This document shows, piece by piece, positions 61,978-64,000 of a stretch of 64,000 nucleotides of DNA. The translations under genes and the position numbers were made by a program. The stretch comes from Haliotis cracherodii. Its lineage: Eukaryota. The notes under the pieces were generated by a model. The model was not told where the DNA came from, made no database searches, and saw only the letters and a program-made list of their open reading frames with translations. Location of the stretch: contig NW_027266343.1 of NCBI RefSeq assembly GCF_022045235.1, positions 27,900,001-27,964,000 of the forward strand, written 5' to 3'. The first letter of the stretch is position 1; every line of letters starts with the position of its first letter.

Positions 61978-64000
61978 TAATATGCAGACATTGTGAATTG
62001 GCTCAGGTTGTTGTTGTCTGACCAAATGGAGAAAACCCTGATGAATTGATCACCGCTCCATTTTACCTCTATGTTTTATCCACTGTTTCATGTCGTGGTG
62101 TACTGAGGTGTTCTTGTAGCTACTGCGTAGGTTCCAGTTTACAGGGAAAGTGACAGCACATGCTCCCCAGTAATGATAACATGTAGTTCACTGATGGATG
62201 ATTTATTATACTGATATAGAAGATAAACATACTTTGTTCTCAATGTAGTGCTAGGTTACCTGTAGATTTAACCATGTTAAATTGAATTTAAAACATACAG
62301 CAAAAAATGTATTGTTGTGTATACTTGAATACTGTAGTAACCTCAACAGCCTGCGAGCTATTATTGGACATAACATTAGTTCAAAATGCCTAGCAACACT
62401 GATTGAGAGAGAAGCACTTTTCTATTGATAATGGCTTCTATGAGCATCAAATCTGTAAGAGGAGGTTGTTGTGGTTTGACATTTTGATTGACTCGTCAGA
62501 ACTGAGGATTTTCCAAATTTAAGGTAGAATAATTGTTTTCCTGTACTTATCCAATGATCTATTGTCCCTATCCATAATCAATTACATTGTATATAGAAAA
62601 TGTTTGTAATGGGACATTTTATGTTAACTATTCATACATTCATTGAATCTACACACAATATGACATGAACACATTATTATTTAAAACATATACCATATTT
62701 GCCACATGAAGCACCCAGCCCCAATAAGCACTAAGTGATCAACTTTTAGACCAATCCCTATAAGCACCAAGTACTAATCCAGAAAGTTTTACATGAAACA
62801 GCTCTTAGGAATGTAGCATATTTTGCTGAATACCCTGACCAAATTGTATGTACATTATAGTTGTCGTAAATTTCAAATTTCCCCATGTATTATTCTTTTT
62901 GCAGATATCGATGAAATGTTAAAGGTCAAAGTCACATACACTTTCTCAAAAAGTATTAATGCATGTATCATTTGCTTTTACTTGGATTTACCTTCTCTAA
63001 AACTAAGGTCAAGGTCATTGTTCAATTCACAGATTGACATATGTTTATTTTAAAAGAAATGGCTGTCATGTTTGTTGTGTTGTTACAAGTTTATAAGCTT
63101 TACAGAAATAATAATTCAATGATTGTTTAAAAAATATTCTAATGGAAAAATATATCTGTGCTTCATATTATGTTCAATCAAAATAATTTTTTTCTGAAAA
63201 ACATAATTCGACTTTCAATACATATTCTTGAAGACATCTCCTCGACCTTAAGGGAATGATCTTAAGGTTCATGTTTATGCACAGCGCAAAACTTGGATGT
63301 TTGGGTTTCTGTTGGGAACATGATACTCACACAAATGATTTTCTATTGTGAACCTCACACAATAACTGTTTATCTATCAGGTGCTCATATAAACACTTTT
63401 GTTTAACTGTAAATAATGCTTATGCAATGCCACAGTTTGCTGAAATCAACATTTCCGTGACATGGCAATGCTGAAAAACAGGAATGGTGCAAAACAAAGT
63501 TGTTCATCGAAACACAGTATCAGTATCTTTGGCGACGTTATCTACAGAAGGGCAACACTCATGACTTGCCGCAGGCCAGTCGTCCACTTGTGACATAACG
63601 TCAACAAGACAACCATATTCGGTTGGTGCATCTATGGAATTGATACCTAACTGCCACATTAACAGCTTGGACAATTCCTGGTTTCAGACCAATTAGTGTG
63701 AGAACCAAATGCACCCGGTGGAGGGAACACTACATCCGGATCAGATGTCCACCGATACGCCCAATTTTGCTGCCACATCACAATCAGGCATGCCCAGCTT
63801 GGTGTAGACATCATCTTAGGTTTAGAAGACAAGACTGACACAGCATACTGTTCACAGATGAGACCAGGTTTCATATGGGCAGTTCTGATTGTCGTGCAAA
63901 TGTAGTCGTATAATGCTCCCCAGCCCAAGGAGATGTCATGTTTACCCAAAGTTTTTCCTGAAGCCAAATAAAGACAATATTAGTGGAGATGTAAAACATT

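Noticed and set aside
63659-63967. 102-aa minus-strand ORF near a plausible acceptor at the window edge
   Set aside because: No recognisable domain, and the context is cut by the window end, so I cannot support a call.

Overview
AT-rich, intron-containing invertebrate genomic DNA. The SINE repertoire looks molluscan, possibly abalone-like, which is an inference from remembered repeat families. Three parts. (1) About 2.3-21 kb: three tandem copies of a small gene with three coding exons, encoding a 114-aa protein that resembles only the globular microtubule-binding tip (MTBD) of the dynein heavy-chain stalk. The last intron of each copy starts with a minisatellite whose 28-bp unit is the exon end plus the 5' splice site (15, 60 and 19 units). 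(2) About 26-61 kb: two head-to-head paralogues that share a ~73-aa N-terminal domain I cannot name. The minus-strand gene joins it to a catalytically dead Crypton-derived (DUF3504/KIAA1958/ZMYM-type) domain. The plus-strand gene can join it in frame to either of two different 4-finger C2H2 terminal modules, as in lola or mod(mdg4). One exon of the distal module is interrupted by a hAT-like element whose end supplies a replacement in-phase splice acceptor. (3) Many mobile elements: an intact, apparently recent BEL/Pao LTR retrotransposon (50363-57339), LINE, Penelope and Gypsy remnants, SINEs, MITEs, a DINE-1/HINE-like element and several minisatellites. All exon structures are inferred from splice signals and frame or paralogue consistency, not from transcripts.
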